Of a DNA stretch of 64,000 nt, positions 13,792-27,118 are shown piece after piece. The translations under genes were made by a program, and so were the position numbers. Origin of the DNA: Laetmonice hystrix. Its lineage: Eukaryota. Position 1 is the stretch's first letter, and the number at the start of each line of letters is the position of its first letter. Where the stretch lies: the NCBI GenBank assembly GCA_965235115.1, contig OZ249436.1, forward strand, positions 43,340,001 to 43,404,000, in the 5' to 3' direction. The notes beneath the pieces are model-generated. The model searched no databases. It was given only the letters and a program-made list of their open reading frames with translations, and was not told the DNA's origin.

Positions 13792-15350
13792 TTCTATAAA
13801 TACCAATTTGGTTTTCGAGCGAAACATTCTACCGAACTTGCACTTATAGCACTTAATGACACCATATCCACTTCTTTTGAAAAGAATTTTATTACTATGG
13901 GAATATTTCTCGATTTCAGTAAAGCTTTTGATACAGTTAATATTAAAATACTGTTAAATAAATTATATCACTATGGAATTAGAGGTACTAATCTGTTGTG
14001 GCTAGAAAATTATCTCACAAATCGTTTACAGTACACATCATTTAATGATTTTCTTTCCGAGGAATCACTAACTACAACAGGTGTTCCACGAGGATCAATT
14101 TTAGGACCTCTAATGTTCTTAATCTATATAAATGATCTACATAAAGTGTCCACCCAAAGTCAACCTATCATGTTTGCAGATGATAGCAGTTTATTATTTT
14201 GTGGTCCCGATCTAGATTCGTTAATGGAAGTTGTGAATCCGGAGTTAGAAAAGATTTTCGAATGGTTAAAAGCAAATAAATTGTCCCTAAACATCAATAA
14301 AACCAAATACATGATTTTTTCTAAAAGAATGAAAATTCCAAGTCACATGACGCCACCCTCGATTAATAACCATCCGATAGAGAGAGTTGAAGAATTTAAA
14401 TTCCTAGGTTATAAAGTTGATGAACACCTCTCTTGGAAGGCTCATATCGTGTATATTGCCAGCAAGGTCTCCAAAATGATAGGTCTTTTCACTAAACTCA
14501 GGAAAACACTCTATAGGGATACTTTAAGAAATTTGTATTTCACTTTCATCAACTCATATTTTAACAATGGAATTATGGTTTGGGGCTCAGCCCCCACTTC
14601 ATACATGAAAATTCTTGAAAAGTGTCAAAAAAAAGTTGTGAGGATAATAACATCGTCCCATAGATTAGCGCACACTAAACCTATCTTTGAAGAGTTAAAT
14701 ATTAAACCAATCGATATAATTTACAAACATAAAATAGCTATATTTATGTATAAAGTACATTATCAAATGCATCCCCCAATAATAACCAAACTTTTTGAAT
14801 GGAACAAACATGAAAGAACCAGGCAAAAACACCATCTTTATGTACCAGCATCACGCACTTCTGCATACGAGAACTCTTTAGCGATTCAAGGACCGAAACT
14901 TTACAATCTTCTCCTTAACAAGATTGATATAAACTGTTCTTTAATGTCATACAAAAAAACAGGTTTCTCTTTTTCTAATGGCATCTGAGTGAGATTATAA
15001 CATGAATGTGTACATTGATAGATTTTGATATAGGCCTATGGTTTAAACTCAGATGTATTTTTTTTTTTTTTTTATTTTTTTTTTAAACGGAATATTCTCT
15101 TCGTTACATTGTTGTATATGTTGTGAAACACATGCTTACAATTGTCCTAATTTTATTTCCTCCAATTTTCTAATTATTCTAGTGCCCCTGTAGCGTGTGT
15201 ATAGCCACCATAACGTGCTGCTACCTAATTACCTTTGTGCAGACCAATAAGTCTATCTAGACTTCGTTCTGTCTTACTAATATATGTTGTAATAGGATAT
15301 CAACTTACGGAAATAAACACAACAACAAACAACAACAACAACAACAACAA
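13792..15350 (+). mobile_element. 5'-truncated LINE (CR1/L2-like) with RT domain, 3' UTR and (AAC)n tail
   Basis: Frame is open from 13792 (FYKYQFGFRAKHSTE) with RT motifs FLDFSKAFDTV, GVPRGSILGP, MFADD, FKFLG; small hairpin AAGTCTA-TC-TAGACTT near 15249; AATAAA then AAC repeats at 15312-15350. Confidence 0.93.
13897..14988 (+). CDS. Reverse transcriptase (partial LINE ORF2, no endonuclease; probably non-functional)
   Basis: RT motifs in the ORF track; homology continues in frame upstream of the ATG to 13792, then stops at a TGA; likely A-run frameshift near 14955. Confidence 0.85.
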   Translation: MGIFLDFSKAFDTVNIKILLNKLYHYGIRGTNLLWLENYLTNRLQYTSFNDFLSEESLTTTGVPRGSILGPLMFLIYINDLHKVSTQSQPIMFADDSSLLFCGPDLDSLMEVVNPELEKIFEWLKANKLSLNINKTKYMIFSKRMKIPSHMTPPSINNHPIERVEEFKFLGYKVDEHLSWKAHIVYIASKVSKMIGLFTKLRKTLYRDTLRNLYFTFINSYFNNGIMVWGSAPTSYMKILEKCQKKVVRIITSSHRLAHTKPIFEELNIKPIDIIYKHKIAIFMYKVHYQMHPPIITKLFEWNKHERTRQKHHLYVPASRTSAYENSLAIQGPKLYNLLLNKIDINCSLMSYKKTGFSFSNGI

Positions 15351-15807
15351 TGAAGGCAGGCAAGAGAGCACTACAAAACGGGTCGCATCATTTTGGTTAA
15401 TGTACAACAGATTTTTTTGGTCATAGAAGTGTCTCGTTACAAGACCGCCTCTGAGGAATCTAAATGTCAAGTCAGGTTCTTAATCTAAGATGAATCAGGT
15501 CGGAGTGGACCACCCTGTGATCTTAGACCATCACAATGGCCTCACGTACAAATAAATGGGTAAACCGAGTGGGCTGACTTTCAACGCAGGTAAAAATAAA
15601 ACAGAAAGAAAAAACCCTGCTGGAATCTCGTTAATTTTACGAATCATACTTAATGGACATGATCTCTCGAGTGGTCCTATACACATTTAGATGTGTTACC
15701 TACGAAAGGTTCTGGACAGAGTGACTTCCTGCGCCTATAATCTTCACGTTTGTTCTCGTCATGAGTGCACTTTCAAAATATACTCGGAGAAAGTCTGTTG
15801 GCACACT

Positions 15808-16428
15808 AATTGGAAAGGTAGGGGCTAAATCTTTAATTGGAAAGGTAGAGACTAAATCTTTAATTGGAAAGGTAGGGACTAAATCTTTAATTGGAAAGGT
15901 AGGGGCTAAATCTTTAATTGGAAAGGTAGGGACTAAATCTTTAATTGGAAAGGTAGGGACTAAATCTTTAATTGGAAAGGTGGGGGCTAAATCTTTAATT
16001 GGAAAGGTAGGGGCTAAATCTTTAATTGGAAAGGTAGGGGCTAAATCTTTAATTGGAAAGGTAGGGGCTAAATCTTTAATTGGAAAGGTAGGGGCTAAAT
16101 CTTTAATTGGAAAGGTAGGGACTAAATCTTTCATTGGAAAGGTAGGGGCTAAATCTTTAATTGGAAAGGTAGGGACTAAATCTTTAATTGGAAAGGTAGG
16201 GGCTAAATCTTTAATTGGAAAGGTAGGGGCTAAATCTTTCATTGGAAAGGTAGGGACTAAATCTTTAATTGGAAAGGTAGGGGCTAAATCTTTAATTGGA
16301 AAGGTAGGGGCTAAATCTTTAATTGGAAAGGTAGGGGCTAAATCTTTAATTGGAAAGGTAGGGACTAAATCTTTAATTGGAAAGGTAGGGGCTAAATCTT
16401 TAATTGGAAAGGTAGGGGCTAAATCTTT
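15808..16428. repeat. 27-bp minisatellite (AATTGGAAAGGTAGGGGCTAAATCTTT), about 23 copies
   Basis: Direct reading. Confidence 0.98.
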
Positions 16429-17091
16429 ACGCACCTTGGCGCAATTCTCGGCAATACGGCGTACAGAGACACACAAGTGCACGATATTAACAGTACAAAA
16501 ATAATTTGTATTTCCAAATTAGCGTTTGTTAATTTAGGTAAAATACACCAACACGGCCAGACAGATTGGGAAGATGCATGCCATATCTAATCGGCAAAAC
16601 TCTATGGCCATTTTAGCTTTGCTTAACTGTAATCAAAGCCAATCAAATATCAGCTGCTACGAACGTTGTAATCTATAGTGTACGGCCAGGATGTGGTTGA
16701 TTTTTTCCCGATAGAAACAAATTTTATATATACTCCGTATCAAAAATCTGAATTGATGTACCTATCGATCAATCGGAGCGGGAACACGTTTTACCCTCTC
16801 CTCCTTATAGACACTTCAATTGTCTTTTCTTTTTTAACTTTGCCAAAGATCAGATCAGAAGACGCAGGGCTCACCGGAACAAGACAAAAACATGGACAAT
16901 ATTTCTCGTAGTATATTTTATTTTTCAGAAGATCAATTACTAATCACAAATGGCATTAGTGCTTGTCTCTTAATGAACCGGCAATCCAACTTCCGTTCCT
17001 CTGACGGAAGTGCATGCTGGAAAATGTAACCACTTTAACAACATTCCGAATTGCTCAACTCGTAATACATTTGTCAAAGGTCGGCGATTAT

Positions 17092-17214
17092 CATTATCAT
17101 GCCTCATCGCCATCATCATGCCTCATCATCCCGCATCATCATGCCTCATCATCCCACATCATCATGCCTCATCATCCCACATCATCATGCCTCATCATCC
17201 CACATCATCATCAT
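17092..17214. repeat. CAT-rich low-complexity repeat (CATCATCATGCCT/CATCATCCCA)
   Basis: Direct reading. Confidence 0.9.
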
Positions 17215-18570
17215 TCCGTGTGGAGACGGACAGGCCCATCCCAGTCAGAGCACGACTCACTCAACCTGATGCCAGTCGCCTCCAGATCGTTGTCAAGATA
17301 ATTCCCTGTTTCAGACAGGGACTACTTACTCCGTAAGTACAGGGACTACTTACTCCGTAAGTACATTAAACCTCCGCCGGCCCAGGGTGGGAACTACAGG
17401 TGCACATCCTCGGCCGGGATCTGTCCTGTCTATGATCTACTTCTAAATCCCTACGTCTCAGGTCACTGGTCGTCAAGGGACCTGTCCACCTCAGGTGTTA
17501 GGACTGACAGCAAAGTATAGCCTCCGCAAGTCAACGATACTGAATGATGTGAAGGCTGCTGTCTACCGAGCGACTTGAGGGAGGTAAGAAAATATTGAAC
17601 AACAAAGTGTCGGAGGTCCTCACAACGGGCTGTTGGCTGTTAGAAAGGTCACAGCTAGCTCGTTTAAGAGAAATCTCAACTAAATTAAAATCGACCAACC
17701 TGTAAACATTAATTTGCTCTTAAGCATTGTCATCGACTATAACGAGGTCAGCTTTTCAGTCTTTAATGGCCTGAGGCATGTTCCTCTAGAAAAGAAAAAT
17801 TGGGGTGCTATATTGCATTTGAGGCAAGAACTTTCCATGTCATTAGCCTCCAGGGCCCGTTTCATAACTAGTTAAGAAAATGCGTTAATGAAAGCGTGTT
17901 AATTTACTAGCGGCAAGTTTAACGCATTTTGCGTTCATGTGTTTCATTACAATTAAAATGAGTTTGCGTTAAAAGATGTACTACGGGTTAGTTAATTTAC
18001 GCTGCCCCAAAACCCGCGTTAATTAACTGCCCGTTATGCGTCAAGCGCTTCATGGGCCGCTAACGATGCGGATAAGAGACTCCACAAGACAGTGCTCACG
18101 AAACTCGGCACTACCACCACCTTTTGTTTCTAACGCGTACGATATATCCCTCCGGCACAAGTTAGTAGGCTGCCGAATATAGTCCGGTGGAAGGACTTCC
18201 GTTTTCGTAACGCTATGGTGTGGGAGTGATGCGGCCGTGGGGGATCCTATATCTATATTCTTACCCGTGACGTCACGGCAGTTCACTGACTTAATGTGTA
18301 CATGTACATGTACATGTACATGTGTACTTACCATCACATACAGACTGTAAAGCGCATATAAATCATAGTAGACTTAAAATTCAGATATATTTCATTTTTT
18401 TCAATATTCCTTAGGCCCCTACATATAAGTAAATGTAGAAATTATGAGGGAAATACGGCCTGAAACTCCATATGTATGTATTTAAGCATGGGACCCAACA
18501 TAATATCGTTTTCATTATTGTTTATATACAATCATTAAATTGTCGTACAATTTAATGCTTTTTGCGTTAA

Positions 18571-18860
18571 AGCAATCACCGAGTATCTCTCATTTCAATG
18601 ACTCTAAAATGCAGACATGGGCTGTTAGGTTAGATAATGCCTGAGACATAAATCAATAAATGTTTACCCACAGAAATGGAGAAATCTAAGGAAATTCAAC
18701 ATTCCAGTTGCCAATTTTCACCATGAAGCGAACGTCTCATGACGGGTTGTTGACCTGGCATTGACTTGAACAGCCAATGAAATTCATCGGGCAATGAGAT
18801 CCATTAGTTCATGGCCCGATGAATTTCATTGGCTGTTCAAGTTAATGCCAGGTCAACGAT
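18571..18860. mobile_element. Partial copy of a TTAA-flanked (Kolobok-like) MITE family, with an internal hairpin at 18749-18858
   Basis: Starts TTAA|AGCAATCA; aligns by eye to 48174-48410 and to the reverse complement of 28030-28150; internal inverted repeat CTGGCATTGACTTGAACAGCCAATGAAATTCATCGGGC / GCCCGATGAATTTCATTGGCTGTTCAAGTTAATGCCAG. Confidence 0.7.
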
Positions 18861-18999
18861 TTTGTCAAAAACCAGCCACAACAAACATGCTAGCAAATAA
18901 ATTGAACACGCTTTACCGTCGCTCTTGTTCACTCGCCAACATCCTTAGCAGACCTCACGTCCATTGGTTGATAACCACGAGGACATAGGAAGGTGGCCC

Positions 19000-19641
19000 T
19001 GTTCCGGCTAGATACGTCCGAACGGCTAGTTATGTCCGATAGGAGATATGTCCGCAAACATCAGCTAGATATGTCCGAAGAAATGGATATGTCCGCAAAT
19101 ATCAGCTAGATGTGTCCGGTACCGGACACATCTATAGCTGACATTTGCGAACATACAGATTACCGGACATATCTAGCTGACATTTGCGGACATATCCAGA
19201 TTACCGGACACATCCAGATGGGGAACTACCTACTAGTTCGGGGGCCACTAGTCCGAGGGTTCACAATGGGGTAGGCAATGGCAGGGGAACAGGGCAAATA
19301 GGGGGTTAACCTCAGGGGGGCGTTAGTCCGACAGCCCAGTGGTGCGACAGACCAATCCCCTATATGGGTTAGAGTTAAGGTTAGGTTTAGGGTTAGTTAT
19401 ATTTGGTTTTTGGGTTAGGGTTGCCTATTGCCCACTTCGGACTAGTGAACCCTCGGACTAGTGAACTTTTGGACTAGTGAACCCTACCCTCTAGTTGATA
19501 TTTGCGGACAGATCCGGATTACTGGACATATCTAGCTGATATTTGCAGACATATCCGGGTTACCGGACATATCTAGCTGATATTTTCGGACATATATCCT
19601 CTCGGACATAACTAGCCGTTCGGACATATCTAGCCGGAACA
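19000..19641. mobile_element. Non-autonomous DNA transposon, TGT...ACA termini, 5-bp TSD GGCCC (Ginger-like), containing a nested insert
   Basis: TIR TGTTCCGGCTAGAT / ATCTAGCCGGAACA; GGCCC at 18995-18999 and 19642-19646; subterminal ATGTCCG/CGGACAT repeats. Confidence 0.85.
19214..19490. mobile_element. Nested short element with ACTAGTCCG/CGGACTAGT inverted subrepeats and a GGTTAGGG tract
   Basis: Interrupts the regular subrepeat of the host element; boundaries approximate. Confidence 0.6.
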
Positions 19642-19646
19642 GGCCC

Positions 19647-20410
19647 TGTATACAGACGGATTGATTGATAACCACTGGGACATAGGAAGGTGGCCCAGTA
19701 TACAGACGGATTGATTGATAACCACGGGGACATAGGAAGGTGGCCCTGTATACAGACAGATTGATTGATAACCACGGGGACATAGGAAGGTGGCCCTGTA
19801 TACAGACGGATTGATTGATAACCACGGGGACATAGGAAGGTGGCCCTGTATACAGAGGATTTGATTGATAACCACGGGGACATAGGAAGGTGGCCTTGTA
19901 TACAGACGGATTGATTGATAACCACGGGGACATAGGAAGGTGGCCCTGTATACAGACAGATTGATTGATAACCACGGGGACATAGGAAGGTGGCCCTGTA
20001 TACAGACGGATTGATTGATAACCACGGGGACATAGGAAGGTGGCCCTGTATACAGACGGATTGATTGATAACCACGGGGACATAGGAAGGTGGCCTTGTA
20101 TACAGAGGAATTGATTGATAACCACGGGGACATAGGAAGGTGGCCCTGTATACAGAGGAATTGATTGATAACCACGGGGACATAGGAAGGTGGCCCTGTA
20201 TACAGACGGATTGATTGATAACCACGGGGACATAGGAAGGTGGCCTTGTATACAGACGAATTGATTGATAACCACGGGGACATAGGAAGGTGGCCCAGTA
20301 TACAGACAGATTGATTGATAACCACGGGGACATAGGAAGGTGGCCCTGTATACAGACGGATTGATTGATAACCACGGGGACATAGGAAGGTGGCCCTGTA
20401 TACAGAGGAA
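19647..20410. repeat. 50-bp minisatellite (CATAGGAAGGTGGCCCTGTATACAGACGGATTGATTGATAACCACGGGGA), about 15 copies
   Basis: Direct reading; the first unit begins at about 18965 and is split by the 19000-19641 element. Confidence 0.98.
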
Positions 20411-21167
20411 TAATTCTACGATTACTGTGATTCATGTATTTGTTGCTTGAATGGGTTGGTTCACCAATATATTTCCCTGTTCCTTCTAAATTGTATAAAG
20501 ACTAAAAAAAGGCCAGAGGAAACTTTACTCTTCTGTGCCCTGGGTAAGCATACAAATCGAGTTTAGGACCTGCCTGTCTCACTGACGGGCGGAGAAAAGC
20601 TGTGTCACACCAGGCCATGGTGATCACCCTGAACAGCCTCGTTTTCAATTCTGGGAATAAAGACGGAAAGGCTTTAGTCGGTACTAAACGAACAGCGATT
20701 AGCCTACATGCCGTTACCAATGGTAACACCCACGTCCGTGAAAGAGAGTCTGTATGGCCGACGTCGTAACCAAGTTAACAACATTTCCAGCATGCCATAA
20801 ATAGATCTTTGGCTATGCCACCATAGTCACCGCGTTATCTGGCTTTAGTGTTGACCTTTGGGTCTGTAAAGTGCTGAAAACCTCGAAAATCCCCTCTTTC
20901 ACTGGTATTGTGTCAATATGTTTTGTCCTAGGCACAACACCTCATTAGAAAAATGACAAACTAATCATGAGGAGATGGGTGGAGATTTTATATTTTGCAG
21001 AATATCAATCCGAGTACCAGACTGCAGACGCCTAGAGCACCACTTGTCTTCTCACTATATGCTAATTTTACAGGGGTATACAGGGGGAGGGGTTGGTTGT
21101 TACATATCTGGACGAGGGCTAGTGTCTATCATTACAGTTAGAATAGAAACTCTCAGTCCGAGAGACT

Positions 21168-22012
21168 GAAAATGAGAAGTGCAGTCACAAACTCTCAGTC
21201 AGTAGTATATGAAAATGAGAAGTGCAGTCACAAACTCTCAGTAAGTAGTATATGAAAATGAGAAGTGTAGTCACAAACTCTCAGTAAGTAGTATATGAAA
21301 ATGAGAAGTGCAGTCACAAACTCTCAGTAAGTAGTATATGAAAATGAGAAGTGTAGTCACAAACTCTCAGTAAGTAGTTGAAAATGAGAAGTGCAGTCAC
21401 AAACTCTCAGTAAGTAGTATATGAAAATGAGAAGTGCAGTCACAAATTCTCAGTAAGTAGTATATAAAAATGAGAAGTGCAGTCACAAATTCTCAGTAAG
21501 TAGTATATAAAAATGAGAAGTGTAGTCACAAACTCTCAGTAACTAGTATATGAAAATGAGAAGTGCAGTCACAAACTCTCAGTCAGTAGTATATGAAAAT
21601 GAAGTAAGTAGTATATGAAAATGAGAAGTGCAGTCACAAACTCTCAGTAAGTAGTATATGAAAATGAGAAATGCAGTCACAAACTCTCAGTCAGTAGTAT
21701 ATGAAAATGAGAGGTGTAGTCACAAACTCTCAGTAACTAGTATATGAAAATGAGAAGTGCAGTCACAAACTCTCAGTAAGTAGTATATGAAAATGAGAAG
21801 TGCAGTCACAAACTCTCAGTCAGTAGTATATGACAATGAGAGGTGTAGTCACAAACTCTCAGTAACTAGTATATGAAAATGAGAAGTGCAGTCACAAACT
21901 CTCAGTAAGTAGTATATGAAAATGAGAAGTGCAGTCACAAACTCTCAGTCAGTAGTATATGAAAATGAGAAGTGCAGTCACAAACTCTCAGTCAGTAATT
22001 GAAAATGAGAAG
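21168..22012. repeat. 43-bp minisatellite (GAAAATGAGAAGTGCAGTCACAAACTCTCAGTAAGTAGTATAT), about 20 copies
   Basis: Direct reading. Confidence 0.97.
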
Positions 22013-22031
22013 CAGAGTCAGACTGGCTGGA

Positions 22032-22227
22032 TTCCACTGAGCCAATTTACATCCGATCAGCCATCCGATTGACGATAAAATATATCTGATATTTGCGGCC
22101 GACGAAAAAAAAATAGCTAATCTTTACAAATTAAATATCCTTTAATGATTTGATGACACAAATTACCAATAATTTCAGAAGTTAAGAACATCGGATGGCC
22201 GATTGGATGTAAATCAGCTTAGTGGAA
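22032..22227. mobile_element. Small MITE-like inverted repeat
   Basis: TTCCACTGAGCCAATTTACATCCGATCAGCCATCCGAT pairs with ATCGGATGGCCGATTGGATGTAAATCAGCTTAGTGGAA. Confidence 0.7.
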
Positions 22228-23280
22228 GTTACAAACGCTGAGTAAAGGGATGGATCCACCATGCCAAATGTTGATCTGATTAGCAAAAGATTAACAAAAT
22301 ACGTCCTATGGTAGATCAAGGAAATCTGCGAGAAAAATTCCGGAGCGATGAAATCCCAACCGATTTAGATTCATACGATAATTTATAAACATGTAACTAA
22401 ATTTCGGTCCAAGATCCTCCCGATGATTCCCAAAATTCGTCATTTTCTGCTAAAACTGCGATTATTGTAGCAATAATCACTCACTTTTGGTTTGTGTCTG
22501 TGTATCTTGCACCGTTTTCATGTTTTATAGTAATAAACGATGCGCAAGGCGTCACTGGACATTATAAATACCTTATTGCCGAACTCTGCTTGATGATCAA
22601 ATACTTTATTGCCGAACTCTGGCTCAGGAAAAAAGCATTTAAAAAATTACCAATAAGGGGGGCGTGCGCCAGGCACCCCCTAAACCCGCTACCGCGAGTT
22701 GCGAGGTGTAAATCTGTTAAGAAAAGAATATGTTTTTTTGGTATATCTATGAAAATGCATTAAAGACCTTTTTAAAGCCTTGGCTAATGTGGGCCAAATA
22801 ATCTGTCAAGGAATGGAACATGCAAGGATCTCTTATTTTATTCAAACATGTATTAATTTTATTATAATCTGGAGCAAATACTATAAGTTTTAAAGTAATG
22901 AACAACAAGGTCTAGGGGAGAATGATTCAGGCAGATGAGAAAGGGGGTGCAACTCCGCGAGCGTTCATGCGGCGTTGGGTCTTTCCCCCTGAGAAAAAAA
23001 TAATTTGGAAGGCCAAAAGAAGGCTGGCCCCCCTGCCCTCCGCTAGTTACGGCCCTGCAGCAAAATCATGAATATGACAACTTTTTACCCAGTCTTTTAC
23101 CCAGACTCCCCTGTCGTCAATTTTTAAAGACTATTATTATAATTATTATTTATTTATTATTATTTTTTGCTGTGAACAAAGTTTGAGTTACTTATAATGT
23201 TGTTTTGCATCTTGTTGGACAAGATGATAGAAAATCAAGAGTAATTAATTTAATGGTAACTATGCAGCAGCTACTACCGG

Positions 23281-23709
23281 TGTAACACCCTCAAATCACC
23301 CCACTCAAGAAGGAGGAGGAGGAGGAGGAGGAGAAGTAGGAGGAGGAGGAGGAGGAGAAGGAGGAAGAGGAGGAGGAGGAGGAGGTGGAGGAGGAGGAGG
23401 AGGAGGAGGAGGAGGAGGAGGAGGAGGAGGAGGGGGGAAGGGGAAGGAGAAGAAGAAGGTTTTTGAACGAATCCTGGGAGTTGTAGCTAAATTAAGCGAG
23501 GGTAGTGTTTTGAGAGTGGGTTGAGTGTTCTGAGCATAACAGTAGTGGTGTGGGCGTGGGCAGGGTAGTCATCTGAGCGTAGGCTGACTTACGCTCAAAC
23601 CACTCTAGAGTAGTCTGAGTGTACGCCCAAAGCACTCTAGAGTAGTTTGGGCGTACGCTCAAACTACTACCATAGTGCTTTGAGGGTAGAGTGGTTTGGG
23701 CTTAGTACA
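23281..23709. mobile_element. Ginger-like MITE (TGT...ACA, CCGG TSD) containing a (GAG)n tract at 23309-23458
   Basis: CCGG|TGTAACA ... TAGTACA|CCGG; internal inverted subrepeats. Confidence 0.65.
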
Positions 23710-24104
23710 CCGGCTTAATTAAACGTCCCTCGTCTGATACACGAGATGACGTCTCATTCTGATCATAGTGGAAGTAAATGTCGCGGGGTCGACATGTATG
23801 GTGCTGTCTGTCTGGTATAAATCTTCTTAGATGAATCTGACGGTAAAATCTGACGGCAAGCCGACATCAAATTAACACCGCATTATCATTACGTGATATC
23901 TGGCGTATACATGTGACGTTCGTCTAAAGTAGCACCCGTCACGTGTTCCATAGCGAACGTCTGCTCCATCACGTCATGCAACCAAACATCAGTTAGCGTC
24001 AAGACAATTTTTTTCACTACTTAGAGCAGCACAAGGTCGAACAGTATGGTCATTTAACGAGAGAAATCCTATCTTGTGTACGAGTAGATCATACTGTCGA
24101 CTAG

Positions 24105-24686
24105 TGTGAATCCATAGTGTGTTGGCCCAGTGGCGATCAGGTTGTGTGAATATGTCCCAGTGGCGATCAGGTAGTGTGAATATGGCCCAGTAAAGACCAC
24201 GAAATATGAATATGGCCCAGTGGCGACAAGAGAGTGTGAATGTGGCCCAATGGAGACCAGGTAGTGTGAATCAGGCCAAGTAGCCATAACACGCGTGTGA
24301 ATGTGACCCATCAGAGACCAGGTAGTGTGAATCAGGCCAAGTAGCCATAACACAACGAGTGTGAATGTGACCCATCAGAGACCAGGTAGTGTGAATCAGG
24401 CCAAGTAGCCATAACACAACGAGTGTGAATGTGACCCATCAGAGACCAGGTAGTGTGAATCAGGCCAAGTAGCCATAACACAACGCGTGTGAATGTGACC
24501 CATCAGAGACCAGGTAGTGTGAATCAGGCCAAGTAGCCATAACACAACGCGTGTGAATGTGACCCATCAGAGACCAGGTAGTGTGAATCAGGCCAAGTAG
24601 CCATAACACAACGAGTGTGAATGTGACCCATCAGAGACCAGGTAGTGTGAATCAGGCCAAGGAGCCATAACACAACGAGTGTGAAT
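24105..24686. repeat. Minisatellite: diverged ~30-bp monomers grading into a homogeneous 64-bp dimer
   Basis: GTGAATGTGACC recurs at 24361, 24425, 24489; all subunits start GTGTGAAT. Confidence 0.93.
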
Positions 24687-25152
24687 GGCATGGGATTTGT
24701 CGGGCATGACTGTTGACGTGCAGACGACCTAATCCTGGTCGGGAATTAATTAGTACTACCGGATGGAGAGGACAGATGGCGCCACAGGCGATCTGTCTCA
24801 GAGATCCGACATCTGAAGGGGGATGTCAACTAGCCTCCAGGGAGGGCAGCACGTGCCCCTTCGGAGATTCGGATAATTTCTCACACTTCACACGAAAAGT
24901 AAAGAGAAGATGAAGGAGAAGAAGAAGTAGAAGAAGATACTGTACACGCCACTGGGGACGGTCTAGTGGGTATGCAGTGCAGCAAGCTCCTGGCTAGACC
25001 CCATCCCACGAGGGAAAAAAATAATAAAAAATAGCAAGAACAAATAAATAGATAAATAGGGAACGCACGTGGATCACGAGAAAACAGTTTAGTTTGGCAC
25101 CAACATGATCGTAATCTCATCACTTTAGCATTGTGAATCCCAGGGGGACAGG

Positions 25153-25708
25153 TGTGATGTGGTAAAGTGACCCCGTGGTAAAGTGACCCGGGGTTCAATT
25201 TACCACGTGGTAAATCGACCCCCGGGTCACTTTACCACAGTGGAAAAGTGACCTCAACTGTGGAAAAATGACCCAGGTTGAATAACATGGATATTAGGCA
25301 TAACGTCTTTACATTGGAATCTATCGTCATTTTCCTGCTTCGTGGTATTTTTCAACAGTTTTGACACCTGTTCAGCAGTACTCACTTTCCCGACTTGCGC
25401 AAATTTAAAAGGGCAAACCAGCAGATACGGGTGCTACCTGTACGCCCCTCGGTTAGGGTTAAGGTAAGTTTAGGGTTAGGTCTATTTGAATTAACACTAT
25501 TTGCAAATTGCGCAGATTGACAAATTGAGTACGACATGTGAACAAAAACATCCTTTTGTATCCTTTCCATAAATATAAAAAATAAACAGAACAAGAAATG
25601 TCTTAACTTTTCCTTGATGGTCAGATTACCACAGGGAGGGTCACTTTTCCACTGTGGAAAAGTGACCAGGGGGTCAATTTACCACGGGGGTCAGTTTTCG
25701 ATGTGACA
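25153..25708. mobile_element. Ginger-like MITE (TGT...ACA; CAGG/CCGG TSD) with a nested GGTTAGGG-containing fragment at about 25390-25530
   Basis: Inverted subterminal repeats GTGGTAAAGTGACCCC / GGGGTCAATTTACCAC; termini read directly. Confidence 0.7.
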
Positions 25709-26666
25709 CCGGCAGCTGTCAACTTCTAAATATTATTAGTTCATGGTTCGGGCGTTTACATTTTTGTGCCTTTCAAAACAAGAGCATCAACCTCTTTCAC
25801 GTATAAGTGAATACTTTAATGTTTTAGATGTCAAAATTTACAAAAATCTGGTCGATATTTGATGGGCCTGGTCCACTGGCCCTCCCGGCTATGGTTGGCC
25901 GTGGTGGACAAAAATCAAGAATGCATCTCACCGAAAACATAAAATAATGTATTCGCGATTTTTGATTTTACGGCCAATCATAACGGTGAAATACCTAAAT
26001 GATTGGCCAGCCGGGCTTGCGCGCACTATAAAATCTGGGGGTAGCAACCCCCTTGCCTTTCCAGTCTGGGCGGTACTGCTGTGGGATAGTAGACCTACCT
26101 CAGACAGTTCACATGACGGCAGGTCGAGTGGATCGTTTTCCGTTCTAGATGGGCCAGTGATGCTCGTATTGAACATTGACTAGGCTATTGAACATGAAGA
26201 GCTACTGAGATTTGTTTCACTTCAACCCCTTCAAAATCACTTATTGGGCCAAAGAAAAGCGGTTCAACTTACAAGGCCATATACACAAACAGGACTTTCA
26301 CACGACCGACGAAACGTGCACGATATTTTCGTCGGTCGGGTGAAAATTTCGACCATGAAACAATACTTTTGATAACGAAGATGGGCGCATGCGCAGGTCT
26401 TTGAACTTGGAATGGTAAGCCTTGCCGACGACACAAGAACAGCCAGCGCAGGTCTTTGAACTGGTAATGTAAGCCTTGACGACGACACAAGAACACCCAG
26501 CGCTGATTTGGGAATTGACTCTGATTGCTTTCTGTGTGTATTCAGCAATCTGAACCAAATTGGACGTCTTCAAACGACTGCAGAGTACTGGAGTCTAGGT
26601 ACGCGTGGGAAGTTGATAGCACTTAACCCATTGGTCGCGGTACGAAGCCGCCACGACATCGAAGAC

Positions 26667-26668
<2 letters not shown>

Positions 26669-26713
<45 letters not shown>

Positions 26714-27118
26714 GAGAGAGAGAGTGAGAGAGAGGCAGAGAGAGAGAGAGAGAGGGAGAGAGAGAGAGCTAGAGAGAGAGAGAGAGAGAGAGAGAGGGGG
26801 AGAGAGACAGAGAGAGAGGGGGAGAGAGAGAGAGCTAGAGAGAAAGAGAGAGAGCTAGAGAGAAAAAGAGAGAGGAGTGAGAGAGGCAGAGAGAGAGGAG
26901 AGAGAGAAGAGAGAAAGAGAGAGAGGGGAGAGAGAGAGGCAGAGAGAGAGAGAGGAGAGAGAGCTAGAGAGAAAGAGAGAGCTAGAGAGAAAGAGAGGAG
27001 TGAGAGAGGCAGAGAGAGAGAGAAGAGAGAGGGGAGAGAGAAGAGAGAGAGGGGAGAGAGAGAGGCAGAGAGAGAGAGAGAGAGGAGAGAGAGAGCTAGA
27101 GAGAAAGAGAGGGAGAAA
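26669..27118. repeat. Imperfect (GA)n microsatellite
   Basis: Direct reading. Confidence 0.97.

Noticed and set aside
13897..14988. Novel or domesticated reverse transcriptase
   Set aside because: 5' truncation within the RT region, LINE 3' tail and probable frameshift indicate an ordinary dead-on-arrival copy
15700..16504. Repeat-protein ORFs on both strands (also 19532-20435, 29118-29621, 35424-36307, 50268-51040)
   Set aside because: Confined to minisatellites and open in several frames; no splice or domain support
19367..19402. Interstitial telomere (TTAGGG-like; also 25451-25480)
   Set aside because: Short degenerate tracts inside nested mobile elements, not a true telomeric array
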